Assembly: GCA_017999835.1 (NCBI GenBank)
Contig: JAGNLA010000002.1
Location: 99,635 to 163,634, forward strand
DNA length: 64,000 nt
Direction: 5' to 3'
From: Caldisericia bacterium
Lineage (GTDB): Bacteria > Caldisericota > Caldisericia > JAAYUI01
Below, piece by piece: positions 29,480 through 39,157 of this stretch (position 1 is its first letter; each line of letters begins with the position of its first letter). The notes under the pieces were generated by a model. It had not been told where the DNA came from. It searched no databases and saw only the letters and a list, made by a program, of their open reading frames with translations. Position numbers and translations under genes: made by a program.

Positions 29480-30921
29480 TGTCGGCAACGACAAGGCTGG
29501 TTCTCCTCACCCACACTAACGAACCCCAGCGAATCTGCACGGCAGCGGCAAGATTGTCATCATTGCCAGGTTCGCCAACTCAGATTCTCGATGAAACACC
29601 CGAGGGTGGCTATCCAGATTTTATCAGGCGAATTTTGTCGATGGGTCACCATTCAATCATGGAGCATGCCAACTTCACCATCGCCTTTGAAAATGTATCG
29701 GTGTTTGTGGAGCAGTTTGTCATCGGTTTCAGACTTGCCTCGTTTACAGTCAAATCCAGGCGTTATGTGTCACATGCTGACGCGGGCTACATCGTTCCCC
29801 AGATGTCAGCAGACGAAGGCTCAAACCTTTTTGGTGGGGACGACAAACCATATGTCGGACCAGAGTTTTACGGACCACTCTCTCAAAGATACCTCCACTA
29901 CTGCGAGGGGCTGTTTCTTGCCTACAAAAAACTCGTCGAAATCGGCATCTCCGTAGAGGATGCCAGGTTCGTTCTCCCATACTCTTTCAAGTCAAACTTC
30001 ATTGCCACCGGCAACGCAAGGTCATGGATTCACATGATTTATTGCGCCTTGCACGGCAAAGGCAAGAGGTACCAGGAAGTAAACTGGATAGGCGTCAAGC
30101 TGCTTGAGATGCTAACAAAAGAAGCACCGGCACTGTTTTCAAAAATCGACACCATAGAAAACGGTTCCTACCAAAAAGAGGAGCAGCTGGCAGCTATTGT
30201 TGCCAAACAAAAGCTTGAAAAGTCATTCGATCATCAAAAAGTCGAAATTCTCGAGCACACACCCGACCCTGACAGGGTTGTAGCCAAAACGGCCCTTGTG
30301 GGAGCTTCGCGCGCTCCTTCCGATGAAGTGGACAAGATTTTGACCAAGGACATGATTGCCGACACAGTCAGGATAGTCGATTCAAGCCTCCACCCAAGAG
30401 AATTTGAGCAAGCCGTTTTCACGTTCAGACTATCAGGCATGAGCCTGCCAACGCTTACCCATGTGACACGTCACAGGATGCAAGGTCTCATCGTTCCAAG
30501 CTTTATGGAGGCAGGACTCTCACCAAATATTGTCATACCGCCTGCTGTTGAAAAGAAACCTGAAGCATTGGCTATTTTCAACTCTGCCCTAACCCAGCAG
30601 AAGAGCTTCTGGGAAGCCATGGACAGGTTCGACGTTCCTCCTGAAAACAGGGTTTACGCTTATCTTTCAGGGCAGACAATCGATGTGATAACAACAATGA
30701 ACGTCCGCGAGCTTTTACATTTCTTCCAGCTTCGAACCTGCAACAGGGCTCAGTGGGAGATAAGGGATTACGCAAGTGAGATGCTCGCCCAGGTGAAAAA
30801 AGTCGCCCCCAATTGCTTTAAACGCGCTGGCGCCAGCTGCTTCCGTGACGGCAAGTGTCGCGAGGGCAGGATGACATGCGGCAGGGAACGTGAAATGAAG
30901 GAATACTTCGGAAAGCTGTAA
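29479..30921 (+). CDS. Fused tandem ThyX-like protein (two flavin-dependent thymidylate synthase domains).
   Basis: The N-terminal half has 'GHHSIMEH...GFRLASFTVKSRRY...EDARFVLPYSF..NARSW'. The C-terminal half has 'ILEHTPDP...TRHRMQGLIVPS' (canonical RHR-x7-S) and 'NVRELLHFFQLRTCNRAQWEIRDYA'. Confidence 0.7.
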   Translation: MSATTRLVLLTHTNEPQRICTAAARLSSLPGSPTQILDETPEGGYPDFIRRILSMGHHSIMEHANFTIAFENVSVFVEQFVIGFRLASFTVKSRRYVSHADAGYIVPQMSADEGSNLFGGDDKPYVGPEFYGPLSQRYLHYCEGLFLAYKKLVEIGISVEDARFVLPYSFKSNFIATGNARSWIHMIYCALHGKGKRYQEVNWIGVKLLEMLTKEAPALFSKIDTIENGSYQKEEQLAAIVAKQKLEKSFDHQKVEILEHTPDPDRVVAKTALVGASRAPSDEVDKILTKDMIADTVRIVDSSLHPREFEQAVFTFRLSGMSLPTLTHVTRHRMQGLIVPSFMEAGLSPNIVIPPAVEKKPEALAIFNSALTQQKSFWEAMDRFDVPPENRVYAYLSGQTIDVITTMNVRELLHFFQLRTCNRAQWEIRDYASEMLAQVKKVAPNCFKRAGASCFRDGKCREGRMTCGREREMKEYFGKL

Positions 30922-30924
30922 AAG

Positions 30925-32649
30925 ATGAAGAAACATCTCTGGGCTATCATCATTTTGATCATCCTGGCTGCAGGCCTGGCCTTGATTCAGTTCCGTTACC
31001 CATTGGCGCTCAACTACGACGGTGGTTACAACGCAGCAAACACAAACGCTCTTATGAACATGGACAAGATGCCGTTTTCAGGCTCTCCTATACTGCCTTT
31101 CTCCATTTCAGCGCTGTTTGGTTTGATTGCCGGTTCAGCATCAGCAGGCATCAAGATAGCTTCGACGCTGGCCTTGGTTTCGGTTGGCTGGATGATTTAC
31201 GCTTTCACAAGAAAAATCACAAACGACGAAATGGCAGGTCTTGCTGCTCTTCTTGGCTGGTGCGTCACGCTTGGCGTGTTCAACTACATTTACGGTTACC
31301 TCAAGCAAACCATCGCCCTGCCGTTCCTTGTGGGTGGGCTGATGACGCTGTACTTTGCCATTGAAGAAAAGAAGTTGGTTTGGTGGATCCTCTGGATTGC
31401 TGGCGCAATCGGCACATACCTGAGTCACACCCCTGCCTTCATGACCTATGCAGTTTGTTCAGCCTTTGTTGGCGCTGTCATGTTTTACAAGTCAACATAC
31501 AAGTATGCAAAAGTTGTTGCCATAATGCTTTGGGTGGGTATCGGACTTGGGTTGCTTTCAATCCCGTGGTCGGTGCCATTCCTTTCAAAATACGTGCCAC
31601 AGCTCTCACTTGGCGGATGGCGCACAATACTGATCTACATCAAAGGTCTCTTCTCCCATCGCTACCAGATGACTACAGACTTCAACCTGTTTGACATACC
31701 GGTTCTGCTGCTGCCGGTTGCTGGCCTTGTTCTGGTTTGGCTCAAGCAGAGGAAGCTCGGATGGTGGTTCTTTGCCTTCGGCTGCGGAGTGCTGTTCATC
31801 TCGTTGTTTGCAGTCAAGTATGAGTGGCAGGGGCGCAACATCATGACCATGTTTGTCCCGATAGCCATGCTCTCCGGTCTTGGCATCTGGGAGATGGCAA
31901 AGTTATTGTCAAAGGAAAAACTCGCAAGGGTCATCACTTCAATTGTTCTTGCTGCCGCAATCTTTTTCTGCGCAAACTGGCCACTGACACTAAAGCAGCA
32001 CGTTGCTGACGCAAGACCACTGGTCAACCAATCTCAGGTTGACGATTTGAAAACATTTCTTGGAACAAACGGCAAGGGTTCGGAATTTATCCCCAGCCTC
32101 TACGCGCGTCACGGTCTTCGTTTCTGGGCAACATACGCAACCGGCGATTATGTTGGCGTGCTTTTCTACGACTGGGACAAAAAGACTCTTGGCATCAGGC
32201 AGAGCCGCTCCGGTGAAGACCTTGGCCCGAGCCACACTCCGAGTAAAGGCGAGTATCTCCTGCTCTCAAAAACTGCGCTTTTTTCATGGCCAACCACAGT
32301 TTGTGCAGGAGAAAAGCTTAGAGCGTCAATTCCAACGAAAGCTCAGGAATACCTCCTGGTCGACCTTCGCTCCACTGACAAAATGGATGATGTCTGGATT
32401 GCGATAAGAGACAAAAACTGGGGTTTGCTCAAAAAAGTATACTTTAGGGACATTACCTATGGCACAAACAAAACTGGCATGCTTTTGACAGGAATCAAGA
32501 GAGGGCAATACTGGGTTCAGGTTGGTTATGACGAACAGAGTTTGCCGCCAGCAAAAATTGAGATAGAAGAAAATCTTCTGGAGTGGGCCACCACTGATTT
32601 TACTGTAAAGGCTCAATCACAGGAATATTTGATAATCGAAGCAAAATGA
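30925..32649 (+). CDS. Polytopic membrane protein (about 12 TM helices plus a C-terminal extracytoplasmic domain), possibly a GT-C-type glycosyltransferase.
   Basis: Hydrophobicity pattern only. The family assignment is a guess. Confidence 0.4.
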   Translation: MKKHLWAIIILIILAAGLALIQFRYPLALNYDGGYNAANTNALMNMDKMPFSGSPILPFSISALFGLIAGSASAGIKIASTLALVSVGWMIYAFTRKITNDEMAGLAALLGWCVTLGVFNYIYGYLKQTIALPFLVGGLMTLYFAIEEKKLVWWILWIAGAIGTYLSHTPAFMTYAVCSAFVGAVMFYKSTYKYAKVVAIMLWVGIGLGLLSIPWSVPFLSKYVPQLSLGGWRTILIYIKGLFSHRYQMTTDFNLFDIPVLLLPVAGLVLVWLKQRKLGWWFFAFGCGVLFISLFAVKYEWQGRNIMTMFVPIAMLSGLGIWEMAKLLSKEKLARVITSIVLAAAIFFCANWPLTLKQHVADARPLVNQSQVDDLKTFLGTNGKGSEFIPSLYARHGLRFWATYATGDYVGVLFYDWDKKTLGIRQSRSGEDLGPSHTPSKGEYLLLSKTALFSWPTTVCAGEKLRASIPTKAQEYLLVDLRSTDKMDDVWIAIRDKNWGLLKKVYFRDITYGTNKTGMLLTGIKRGQYWVQVGYDEQSLPPAKIEIEENLLEWATTDFTVKAQSQEYLIIEAK

Positions 32650-34034
32650 GGTTAAACATGAAAAAAGCACTTAGCATGGTTATGGCCATGGTTTTGGCCG
32701 TTTCGTTCTCAGCAGCGTTCTCTGGCTGCGGTTCCAACTCTCCAGGCAACAAGGTTCTCGAGGTTTTGAACTCGATAGGCAAGGGTGACTGGGCAACAGT
32801 GTATGACAAACTCCAGATATTCTCAAAATACACGGACAACAAAGAGCTTTATGTGGCCCAGATGGCTGAGTACGGCAAACCACTCGTTGAGTTTTTAAAG
32901 GATGCAAAACTCAATGTTGATTCAGAGATTTTTGAAAAAGAATGGTCTTTTGAGGGCAATAAGTTTTCAAACGTCACAAGGGTAACCGTCAGAATGGAGC
33001 CAGGCCAAACAAAGGAATGGCCAGCAGAATTCCCGTTTGCTGTCAGCCTTGGACAGACGCTCCAGTGCGAATGTCTTTACACGGACGAAAAGGATAACAG
33101 TGGCGTGATAATCAATATGGGTAATCCGCCCCAGGCTTTCTGGGTCTGGCTTGCAAAAAATGAAAATGAATACTCATCCCCGGCACCAATTTATGTTGTT
33201 TCAGACCCTGACCCTGAAAACCAGGGTAGTCCGGCTGTTGCCAGTTTTTATTGGATTTTTGATGAAAAATACAGCGGAAAATACGTAGCTGTTCCTGTCG
33301 AAACCTACACAAAAACGATTGTTGTGGCAATAAACCCAGAGAATGGCACAGTTGCTTTCGTCAAACAGGTTTTGCCTGAGCCAGCCATGGGAGAAGCGCC
33401 ATTTATGGAAGCAATTTTCAAACCATACGAGACGACAAGCGTAACAGCCGATTCCATCGCCACATTCACCCTACAGCCAAATCCTGAGCCGGTTTACAAC
33501 GAATACGCAAAAAAAGTCAAAGAGGCTGTTGCCCAGGTGCTAAAACTCTATACCATCCACAAAATGGGTAGCTATGGCATGTTCCATAGCAAATATCCAA
33601 ACGGTCTTTTGTCTGTTCGCAAAGGTTCAAAAATCGAGCTTCCTCCAGGCATGATTGACACAAAAGAGAGAAGCATTGTTGGTAACTCTTTCTATCCAGG
33701 AGGGAAGACGGCGTTTATAAAAGTCAGCTCTTGCGGAACATGCCAGAGCAAGGCACTGGAATTAATAAAGGAACTTGGCATATTTGGACTTCCACAGGAT
33801 AGAATAATTCTCGTATCCTCGTCAACAAAAGACAAACTGGTCGAGTTTGAGAAAAAAATTGGCAACGCTCACCTGGTCATTGATGATAAAGGAATAATAA
33901 GCCTTTCATTGATGGTCAACACCACACCATCCATGGTAATTGTTGACAAAAACCAGAAAGTTCTGGTATTCATGGAATCGAAGGATCTTGAAAACGGCAA
34001 CGCACTAAAAAGAGAACTCAACGAAGCGTTCTAA
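32646..34034 (+). CDS. Lipoprotein with a C-terminal thioredoxin-like (TlpA / redoxin) domain.
   Basis: Lipobox 'FSGCG'. C-terminal 'SSCGTCQSK' CxxC in a thioredoxin-like context. Its start overlaps the upstream stop. Confidence 0.5.
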   Translation: MRLNMKKALSMVMAMVLAVSFSAAFSGCGSNSPGNKVLEVLNSIGKGDWATVYDKLQIFSKYTDNKELYVAQMAEYGKPLVEFLKDAKLNVDSEIFEKEWSFEGNKFSNVTRVTVRMEPGQTKEWPAEFPFAVSLGQTLQCECLYTDEKDNSGVIINMGNPPQAFWVWLAKNENEYSSPAPIYVVSDPDPENQGSPAVASFYWIFDEKYSGKYVAVPVETYTKTIVVAINPENGTVAFVKQVLPEPAMGEAPFMEAIFKPYETTSVTADSIATFTLQPNPEPVYNEYAKKVKEAVAQVLKLYTIHKMGSYGMFHSKYPNGLLSVRKGSKIELPPGMIDTKERSIVGNSFYPGGKTAFIKVSSCGTCQSKALELIKELGIFGLPQDRIILVSSSTKDKLVEFEKKIGNAHLVIDDKGIISLSLMVNTTPSMVIVDKNQKVLVFMESKDLENGNALKRELNEAF

Positions 34035-34055
34035 TCGCCAAGCTATCCGATAATA

Positions 34056-34087
34056 AAAAACTCCCGGCAAAACCGGGAGTTTTTTAT
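34056..34087. terminator. Bidirectional Rho-independent terminator.
   Basis: aaaaaa-ctcccgg-caaaa-ccgggag-tttttt. Confidence 0.85.
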
Positions 34088-34117
34088 TGGTTTAAGATCA
34101 AGGATTTTGCGGTATTG

Positions 34118-35227
34118 TTACTTGCCTTTTTTTGGTCTGGCTATGATGATTGCTGGCAATTGCCGGCAATTTTCTTCTTTTTTCTGACCGTCAAAGTACA
34201 GGAACGTCGAGCATCCTCCATCAAGATTGAACGCATGTCTGGCGCCAAGCGCAACCATTACCGGGCCTTCCTCTTTGATCGAAATAGCATCAGTAAACGC
34301 TACAAAAAAAGCCTTACCCTTGCCATCGATACCAAACGCTGAGCGCTGAGCGCTATAGCTTAAAGCATCGGGGTTGTACGACTTGTCCTCAGTCAGATTC
34401 CAGTAAGCCTTCCCATCTTTTACAACGGTTGGTGAGCCTCCAAAGATTATCTTGCTTTCTTTCCACTGGGAAAGGTTTACGTTGTTGCCAGGCTCAGCCT
34501 TCCAGAAAAGATTTATATGCAGGCCTTTCCTGATGTAACCTTTTGGCCATCTTGTTTTACTGCATCTGTCACGGTTTGCACCGGTGTACATGAGTACCAC
34601 GCCGTTTTTCGGGATTGCCACTGGACCTGTCGTTACATTGGTCACAACACCTTTTTCGATGACCACGCACGTGGAGGCGTAGGTGTTTGGAACCTTTGAG
34701 CCCCATTCTGACGTGTAATAGGTTGTTGAACTTGCCGATGGTGGTTGGTTGATACCGCTAACGAAAACATCCATCAAAGATGCCGGGAGCAGACTTTCCT
34801 TGACTCTCCCCTGAATCTTGAATCGGAGTCTGCCCCAGAGCCACTTTCCATCCCTGGTGACACAGAAGTTCGAACCACCGTTATAAATCCTTACTGCTTT
34901 CCCGTTAACTATATAGTGACTGTCAAACAGATAGTTGCTCCAACCGCCTGATTCATTGTGATAGGGGCCAGTCATGGCGCAGATTGCACCCTCATATCTG
35001 GCTATCTTCTCCGGGTCATCCCTTGTGAAGAGTTTCTGCTTGGCAAGACCAAGGGTTATCTCGACAGGAGCCTTTGTTCCATCAACGACACAATACTTCA
35101 CGTTGTAGGTTTTCCCATTAACTTTGACTTGTTTTGATTGAAAAACATAGTTCTCAGGAGCCTTTGCAAAAGTCAAACCAGAAAAAAGTGTCATCACAAC
35201 TGCGGTGACGGCAATAATGCGTTTCAT
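34118..35227 (-). CDS. Secreted protein, phosphodiester-glycosidase-like (NAGPA / DUF2233-type).
   Basis: Signal peptide. 'NLDGGCSTFLYFDG' resembles the NLDGGGS motif of that family. Confidence 0.45.
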   Translation of the reverse strand: MKRIIAVTAVVMTLFSGLTFAKAPENYVFQSKQVKVNGKTYNVKYCVVDGTKAPVEITLGLAKQKLFTRDDPEKIARYEGAICAMTGPYHNESGGWSNYLFDSHYIVNGKAVRIYNGGSNFCVTRDGKWLWGRLRFKIQGRVKESLLPASLMDVFVSGINQPPSASSTTYYTSEWGSKVPNTYASTCVVIEKGVVTNVTTGPVAIPKNGVVLMYTGANRDRCSKTRWPKGYIRKGLHINLFWKAEPGNNVNLSQWKESKIIFGGSPTVVKDGKAYWNLTEDKSYNPDALSYSAQRSAFGIDGKGKAFFVAFTDAISIKEEGPVMVALGARHAFNLDGGCSTFLYFDGQKKEENCRQLPAIIIARPKKGK

Positions 35228-35252
35228 GTCGCGGAAACCTCCTAATTAATAT

Positions 35253-37676
35253 CTATCGTTTTGATATTTTTATGACGCTTGTGACGGGCATGCCATCGAT
35301 ATCTGCTTGAAAGAACACCTCAAGATTCTGGTTGCGTGGTTTTGCAACCATAAACGAGGCCAATCCTTCGTGAGTAGTTCTTATCGAAATCGGAGGAAAG
35401 CCCAGCTCAGCCTGCATTGCCTTTGAATCGCCAATTGAGTATGAAATGTCGACCCACTTGCCGGCTACAGCATTCCCGGCAGAATCCAGCAGTGTCAGTT
35501 TAATTGTTGATATGGGTGTACCATCATCTTCAAGCGTGGTTTTAAGGATCGGATGCTGCTTTGGAGGAGGTGGGATGGAGAGCGTGACCGAACGGGCCAA
35601 ACCTGAAGTGAGTGTCGACACCGTTACCCTGACATCTTCGATGATCAGGTCTTTAAGTGCTGCTGCCAGATCGAGTTCAACCCACGCGCATCCGGTACGA
35701 TTTGTCCTTGTATTCTTTGGAAGATCCAGGAATACATTCCTGTCAGGCACCCAGCCGATCGCTCTACCCATTTCATAATCGATTCGTAATCTTTGGCCTG
35801 AAACAGGTTTGCCTGACTTGTCAAGAACCGATGTACTGAGAATTATGTTGCCATCTGCCGAGATACCCCAGGCAGCTTTCATGCTTATCTGTTCAGCGCA
35901 AGGGTCAAACTGACAGCTATCCGAGATCTTGGTTCCCGAAACCACCATCTGGCAGTCCACAGTCAACAGATACCTACCAGCACAGGCTTTGTCTGCTTTG
36001 ACAGGCAATCTGTATGGAATAAGCGAAACAAAGATTTCCTCCGGTGCAGATGCGATAACTTTGCCCACCGGCACAGACTGCTGGAGGATTCTGTCCCAAA
36101 GATGCCAAGACAGGTTCATGTTGCCAGTAACGGAGATATTTGATGTTACCAATATTTCTGGGGTGTCTCCAGAGGCCACGGGTTTAAGCCTTATGTCGGG
36201 CAGATTTGCTGGAAACTGGAGGTTTTTCTGGGTTGTTACAGTTACATATTCAAAGTCAGCCCGGATAAGTGGCTTGAGGAGAACCTGCTCCTCTCTGATC
36301 AGCATCATGGCATTGCCGGTTGAGGTTTGGAGAACTTCGTTTATGGCACCATCATCTGTTGAAACAGAAATTACCGATTTTCTGGTCACCAGTCGATTTG
36401 TCTGGTCGACAAGCGAAATATTCAACCACTTCTGACCATGATTTGCAGCCGTTTCAACGGCTATGGATGGTGTCCAAACTGATGTAACAATATTTGTGCT
36501 GATATAGGGGCTAACATTGATGACAGGCTCTTGCATATCAAAACCAAATGATCGGTCGGCTGCAACAAGCAGATATTGTCCAACAGCCATGGTTAATCCT
36601 GTCTCAATGGTTTCAGTTCCAAGGGTTGCCTCAAAGGCAACTTGATGTGAAGGCAACGGGCCAAGCAGGTTTATGGTTTTCCCGGCAGCGCCTTTTATTG
36701 TCAAAGTCGCTCCACCCCTTGCTTCGCCTTCAACAACAATCTTCCAGGCTGGGATTGGAAAATTTTCTCCGCTGCCCTGATCATCCAGGGGTGTTGCAAA
36801 AACACTAAATTCCCCGGATCTGACGTATTTATGTCTGAATGTACAGGTTGCCTGAGCGCCAGAGCAGTCAACATTCTGGCTGGTGCCGTCACCGAAATCT
36901 ATCCTGCAACCTGAAAGTCGCCCTTCAGGGTCAGTCAGATTCGTCTCGAAAATAACTTCCTGGTCGATGTTTGCTTTCTCGGGCCATGTGCCTGAAACCT
37001 GACCAATTGGAAGCTTGTTATCTATAACGGTTACCTTTGATGTGACAGGTTTTGAGATTGTGTTTCTGTCGTCAGTAACAATAAAATTGACAAGGTATGC
37101 TCCGGATTTCTCATATGCATGGGTTATCTTCGAAGTGTCACCAATATCTTCATAAGTTTTGCCATCGCCCATGTCCCACAGACATTTGACAACCTTGCCG
37201 TCTACGTCGGTGCCATGACCAACAAACGTCATGGTCTGGCCGGTTCTCCCGGGGAGCGGAAAAATCTGGTCGACAAAAGATGTTGGCTCAGCGTTGAGGT
37301 CTCTGGCTGCTATCTGCACCATAGCCTCGAGGCTTATAATGCTGCCGGAATCATTGATGGTTGCTTTTGCAAGAACATATCCCATGCCGGATTCCTGTGG
37401 GATGAAGACCGTTGAAGCTTCACCAGATTTGTCAGTGAGTATCATTTGGCTCTTCAATTGACCTGTTATCCCCTGCAGACCAAGGAATATCTGGACATTG
37501 GCGACAGGCACTGATTCTCTTGTTACCTTAAGCGATATCAACGATGTCGCCCTGATATCGACGGTCTGTGGTGATGCACCCATGCTTATGCTGTACCCGG
37601 CAGCGTTGACCGTTGCTGGAAAAACCGTAAACAGCATGGATATAATCAATATTGCATTGCGCAGGAAAACCATCAA
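35253..37676 (-). CDS. Secreted PKD / Ig-like repeat protein.
   Basis: Signal peptide. PKD signature 'WDMGDGKTYEDIGDTSKITHAYEKSGAYLVNFIVTDD'. Confidence 0.55.
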   Translation of the reverse strand: MMVFLRNAILIISMLFTVFPATVNAAGYSISMGASPQTVDIRATSLISLKVTRESVPVANVQIFLGLQGITGQLKSQMILTDKSGEASTVFIPQESGMGYVLAKATINDSGSIISLEAMVQIAARDLNAEPTSFVDQIFPLPGRTGQTMTFVGHGTDVDGKVVKCLWDMGDGKTYEDIGDTSKITHAYEKSGAYLVNFIVTDDRNTISKPVTSKVTVIDNKLPIGQVSGTWPEKANIDQEVIFETNLTDPEGRLSGCRIDFGDGTSQNVDCSGAQATCTFRHKYVRSGEFSVFATPLDDQGSGENFPIPAWKIVVEGEARGGATLTIKGAAGKTINLLGPLPSHQVAFEATLGTETIETGLTMAVGQYLLVAADRSFGFDMQEPVINVSPYISTNIVTSVWTPSIAVETAANHGQKWLNISLVDQTNRLVTRKSVISVSTDDGAINEVLQTSTGNAMMLIREEQVLLKPLIRADFEYVTVTTQKNLQFPANLPDIRLKPVASGDTPEILVTSNISVTGNMNLSWHLWDRILQQSVPVGKVIASAPEEIFVSLIPYRLPVKADKACAGRYLLTVDCQMVVSGTKISDSCQFDPCAEQISMKAAWGISADGNIILSTSVLDKSGKPVSGQRLRIDYEMGRAIGWVPDRNVFLDLPKNTRTNRTGCAWVELDLAAALKDLIIEDVRVTVSTLTSGLARSVTLSIPPPPKQHPILKTTLEDDGTPISTIKLTLLDSAGNAVAGKWVDISYSIGDSKAMQAELGFPPISIRTTHEGLASFMVAKPRNQNLEVFFQADIDGMPVTSVIKISKR

Positions 37677-37719
37677 AGTCTATTTTACGCCTGGCAACTC
37701 TCTTTTGCAAACGCAAAGG

Positions 37720-38976
37720 TTATCTTTCAACCATGTCAACAAGCTTGGGATTGTCAAAAAGAGTATCAGCCACAACGGTGAATTCGAGCTTCAGGCCACC
37801 ATAAAGTCTGAAGGTTGCAGCCGAAAAGTTTTTCGACACATCAATGATAATATCGGAAAACTCTTCAACCTGGGTCGGTTTTATCGGTATCTGGAGCTTC
37901 CAGTCTATTGAACCGGCAATAATGGCTTCATGCCAAAAGCCGGCATTTTCTATTCTGAACCTTCTACGCGCGACAGCGTCGTAGATAACGTAGAATACCA
38001 TTCCAGTTGAATTCTTCGACCTGACTGCAAAGAACCTGTCATCCAACCACGCTGCCCCTGAAACATCGGAATAGTCAGTCTTCATGTCCAGGATGTCAAC
38101 TTCCATGCCTTCGCCTTTTTTTGAAATGATGGCTAGCTTGTTATCACGTTTCTCTGCCCATAGCGTGTAATACTTCGATGGTGATGCAATCTCGCCAGTC
38201 TTGTACTCAAGGCTTGAAACCCATTTGCCTGAAGGTTTGCTGTATTCTTGCCTTTTTTCCATTTCCATATAAGCGAAGAAAGAACCGCTTCCGGTAAGAA
38301 TTCTTGGAGCAAACCCTTCTTTTCTGAAAACAAACAGGTGTTCGGATGCCATCTTAAAGAGTTCGGCGTTTGTTGTCTCAAATGGGGTGAGTCCAAGCAT
38401 ACTGCTTTTATCGGTTATTTTACCATCTTTTATGTTGTAGTTGTCAACCGCAACGCCCTTTGGCTGACTGCTAAAGGTGCAAATTGTACTCGGGAAATAT
38501 TTTACCGTTGGCTTGAGCGTTTTCATTCTGTATGAACTGCCAGTAACAACAAACTCGTCAGTCAGATCCTGGTGATACTCATGTCTGACCACAAAAGTTA
38601 GTTTTCCTGCCGTTCTCTCGATAACCAGCGGTGTCCTCCCGATCAGTCTGCCATCTTCCCAAACCTCGGAGCCTTCAGGCATATAACTGAGCTTTATCTG
38701 GTAAAGCTGGTCGAGACGGATTAAAGCGTAACCAGCAACCAGATCTCTGGGGTCAACGGTTTTGCTGTGGTATCCTGATTTGGAAATTGTTATTGTTGCG
38801 CCTGGTGGAAGCTCTATCTCGACAGGTGTTTGCCCATGCAGTTTGCCCATAACATAAACGTCCGCTTCCGGAGGCAGCGAGTCAATGTAACACATCTGTC
38901 CAAGTGGCTGTTTTGGCAGGCAGGCGGACAAAAGCACTACCAGAATTAATGAAGTCAGGATTCGCTTCATGAGCAA
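37720..38976 (-). CDS. Lipoprotein with PEGA-like domains.
   Basis: Lipobox 'LSACL'. 'VMGKLHGQTPVEIELPPG' and 'WEDGRLIGRTPL' are PEGA-like. Confidence 0.45.
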   Translation of the reverse strand: MLMKRILTSLILVVLLSACLPKQPLGQMCYIDSLPPEADVYVMGKLHGQTPVEIELPPGATITISKSGYHSKTVDPRDLVAGYALIRLDQLYQIKLSYMPEGSEVWEDGRLIGRTPLVIERTAGKLTFVVRHEYHQDLTDEFVVTGSSYRMKTLKPTVKYFPSTICTFSSQPKGVAVDNYNIKDGKITDKSSMLGLTPFETTNAELFKMASEHLFVFRKEGFAPRILTGSGSFFAYMEMEKRQEYSKPSGKWVSSLEYKTGEIASPSKYYTLWAEKRDNKLAIISKKGEGMEVDILDMKTDYSDVSGAAWLDDRFFAVRSKNSTGMVFYVIYDAVARRRFRIENAGFWHEAIIAGSIDWKLQIPIKPTQVEEFSDIIIDVSKNFSAATFRLYGGLKLEFTVVADTLFDNPKLVDMVER

Positions 38977-39157
38977 ATCATAATCCTGCGTGCATCAAGA
39001 TGCAATAAATTCGCTTTGCAAGTTCACCCCATTTTCAAAATCAATGAAAAACCGACTGAACCTGCAAAAGTATTTTAAAATATTGATTTGAGTGAGATTG
39101 CATGTTCCACCTGCTGACAAAACGCATCAAATTGGTAAAATATAAGAAGGGTACCAA

